Positions 46,432 through 48,350 of a stretch of 48,350 nt of DNA are shown here, one piece after another; the first letter of the stretch is position 1, and every line of letters begins with the position of its first letter. The DNA comes from an uncultured Cardiobacterium sp. Lineage in GTDB: Bacteria > Pseudomonadota > Gammaproteobacteria > Cardiobacteriales > Cardiobacteriaceae. The notes beneath the pieces were generated by a model. The model did no database searches. It was given only the letters and a program-made list of their open reading frames with translations, and was not told the DNA's origin. A program made the position numbers and the translations under genes. The stretch covers positions 1 through 48,350 of the forward strand of contig CAURDG010000001.1 of NCBI GenBank assembly GCA_963523555.1, given 5' to 3'.

Positions 46432-46458
46432 AGACGCCCCACACGGGGCGTCTTTTTT
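46432..46458 (+). terminator. Rho-independent terminator
   Basis: GACGCCCC-ACAC-GGGGCGTC-TTTTTT. Confidence 0.8.
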
Positions 46459-46521
46459 ATAGCCATCCACGACGCACAAAACCATTTGTGCATCAAAAAA
46501 CGCCGAAAATGAGACACAACC

Positions 46522-46875
46522 ATGAGCATCACCCCGATTATCCTGAGCGAAGACGACAAACAAACCTGCATCACCTTCCACGGTGCCTGCGGACGCCACG
46601 CCTACCCAAGCGGCGGAGTCGTTATCCGCCTGCGCCGCGCGGGCAGGCGGGAATACGAAATAGAATACCCCGCGATCATTGACGGGGAAAACGTCTGCAT
46701 TACCTGGGGCGAGTTGATGTACAACCTGCACGGGCGCTATATTGGCGACGTGTACGAAAACGGCAAACCCGTGGGCATGGTGCAATTCCAGGTGAACCCT
46801 GAGCAGTGGCAGGCGACCATCGCAGAAGCAAAAGAATGCCCACCCGCGCCGCCGCCGTGCAAGCCGTGTCCGTAG
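46522..46875 (+). CDS. Hypothetical protein
   Basis: Phage-like codon usage; Pro-rich end. Confidence 0.55.
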   Translation: MSITPIILSEDDKQTCITFHGACGRHAYPSGGVVIRLRRAGRREYEIEYPAIIDGENVCITWGELMYNLHGRYIGDVYENGKPVGMVQFQVNPEQWQATIAEAKECPPAPPPCKPCP

Positions 46876-46893
46876 TGAGATTTTCTCACTTCG

Positions 46894-47883
46894 CTAATCC
46901 AGCAACCCCGCAAGGTCTTCGCCCTGCGGGTTGTAGTAAGTATTGAGCAGAATCTTCACATCCTTGTGGCCACTGATTTTGGCCAAAGTCATTGGGTTAT
47001 GCACCTTCTGCGCCATGCGCGAAAGGGCTTCATGGCGCGTATCGTGAAAGCGGATATGCGCCAACTCTGCCGGACGGTACTTGCGGAAGAGGGCGTCAAC
47101 CTGGGCGGGCGTAATCCCCAGCGGCACCTCGACCAACGAAAGCAGCCGTCGTGCTTCCGGCGACAGCGGCACAAAACGGTCATCACCATTCTTGGTGTCG
47201 CGCAGATGGGCGATACCGTCGCGTATATCCTCCGCCGTGAGTTTGCAAATCTCGCCGCAACGCATCGCCGTTTCAATGGCAAAAAGAAACGCCCAGGCGA
47301 CCTTCTCGCGCTGCTGCTTCGGTGGCCGATGGCCGTCATAACCCAGCGCCTCAACGATGGCCTGCGCGACCTCGGCGCTGATGCGCTGGTTGCGAGGTGC
47401 GGCACCCTTTGGCCTGCGCACCATGTGGAAGGGATTTTCCGGCAAAGGCAGCCCCCAATCCTTCTGCGCGTAAGAAAAAATCGCGCTCAAATTATTCCAC
47501 TCGCGCGTCACTGTCGCCGGGGAAACACACTGGCTACGATGTTCCTTCCAGGTGACCACATCCTGACGCCCGAACTTCGATACCGGTTTGCGTGCGAGGT
47601 GGGGATAATCGGCGAGGAAGCGGTTGAGGCGCAACCTTTCATTGCGCGCTGACTTCTTTTGCGGCGTCACCTCGGCGAGGTAACGGCGGATGAGGTAAGA
47701 GAAGGGTAGGGCCTCCAATGCGCTGGAATCAATCCCGACCTCCAACCGCTCCTCTTCAGCGCGCGCCCACGCGAGCGCCTCGCGCTTGGTGTCGAAGTTT
47801 TTGGTACGCTTCAACTTCTCGCCATTGACCATTCTGCGGGCGACGCCTTTCCAGCGTTTCCCGATTTTTTCTGCTGACGGCAT
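46894..47883 (-). CDS. int: Tyrosine integrase
   Basis: TAMRCGEI, TKNG, FHDTRHEA, ISGH, YY catalytic motifs. Confidence 0.93.
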   Translation of the reverse strand: MPSAEKIGKRWKGVARRMVNGEKLKRTKNFDTKREALAWARAEEERLEVGIDSSALEALPFSYLIRRYLAEVTPQKKSARNERLRLNRFLADYPHLARKPVSKFGRQDVVTWKEHRSQCVSPATVTREWNNLSAIFSYAQKDWGLPLPENPFHMVRRPKGAAPRNQRISAEVAQAIVEALGYDGHRPPKQQREKVAWAFLFAIETAMRCGEICKLTAEDIRDGIAHLRDTKNGDDRFVPLSPEARRLLSLVEVPLGITPAQVDALFRKYRPAELAHIRFHDTRHEALSRMAQKVHNPMTLAKISGHKDVKILLNTYYNPQGEDLAGLLD

Positions 47884-47894
47884 AGGGGCAAATC

Positions 47895-48011
47895 TGGGGA
47901 CAATTTGCCGCAGAATAGCAAATAATGGGGACTAATGACGAATAATGGGGACAAGCACGGCGCGGCATCCCGCATGGTTGACATGCGGTGCGGCACAGGC
48001 TCCGGGCACCA
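47895..48011 (+). other. Attachment site: arm-type repeats plus tRNA 3'-end core
   Basis: TGGGGAC at 47895 and AATAATGGGGAC at 47921 and 47941; GGCTCCGGGCACCA (47998-48011) resembles a tRNA-Leu 3' end with CCA. Confidence 0.7.
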
Positions 48012-48043
48012 TCAACTCCCCTTAATTATCTATAATTTCCTTA

Positions 48044-48069
48044 AAAACCGCCTGCTTAGGCGGTTTTTT
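48044..48069 (+). terminator. Terminator downstream of the tRNA remnant
   Basis: AAAAACCGCC-TGCTTA-GGCGGTTTTTT. Confidence 0.75.
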
Positions 48070-48137
48070 CTTGCCATTTCACCCCTGTTTTTTGCGCCCC
48101 GACCGCACCATGTGCGTACCAGGAACTAGGGGGAGTT

Positions 48138-48305
48138 ATGGCAACCATCCAGAAGCGCGGAGAGAAGTACCGTGCGATTGTCAGGAAACGCGGTTACACA
48201 CAGACAGCAACGTTTACCCGGCAACGTGTTGCGGCCAGATTTCCCACAGGGCTAGGGCTGGGGCGTTTTTCCAGGCGTTATAGGACAAAAAGGAGCTATG
48301 GCTAA
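48138..48305 (+). pseudogene. N-terminal remnant of another tyrosine integrase
   Basis: MATIQKRGEKYRAIVRKRGYTQTATF, then unrelated sequence. Confidence 0.65.
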
Positions 48306-48350
48306 TGTACTTAATTATTCATACAGATATTAAATAATAGGTCAATATTA

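Larger units (their letters stand above)
1..48011. mobile_element. Temperate prophage, left end outside window, probably capsid-defective
   Basis: Contiguous recombination, cI/cro, replication, Q, lysis, terminase, head, tail and integrase genes ending at a tRNA 3'-end-like att sequence. Confidence 0.95.

Noticed and set aside
47960..48011. Complete tRNA gene
   Set aside because: Only the last ~14 nt resemble a tRNA; no T-loop or cloverleaf upstream

Overview
Most of a temperate lambdoid prophage from a ~58-60% GC gammaproteobacterium; the host is not identifiable from sequence alone. The left end lies beyond the window, and the right attachment site (a tRNA-Leu-like 3' end) is at about 48.0 kb. 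Order: ssb/exonuclease/Sak4-like recombination module, immunity region (P63C, DUF1828 and DUF6978-like pair, cI, cro, operators), replication (HNH, initiator with iterons), nin region (NinB, Ref, split RusA), Q, lysis, PBSX-type terminase, Mu-like head and connector genes, a non-contractile-type tail, accessory genes and a tyrosine integrase. The head module is broken: a 1.7-kb lower-GC cassette (second Q, late promoter, two genes) replaces the protease/scaffold C-terminus and the N-terminal half of the major capsid gene. The most notable accessory loci are (i) a self-contained operon of a PD-(D/E)XK-like nuclease and a degenerate uracil-phosphoribosyltransferase-like protein, (ii) a STAS-GHKL kinase / DUF4325 / membrane protein triad, (iii) a MuF protein with a JAB-like C-terminal domain and a small partner ORF, and (iv) repeated small membrane-peptide loci with antisense-like architecture. 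Family assignments come from motif recognition, not database searches.
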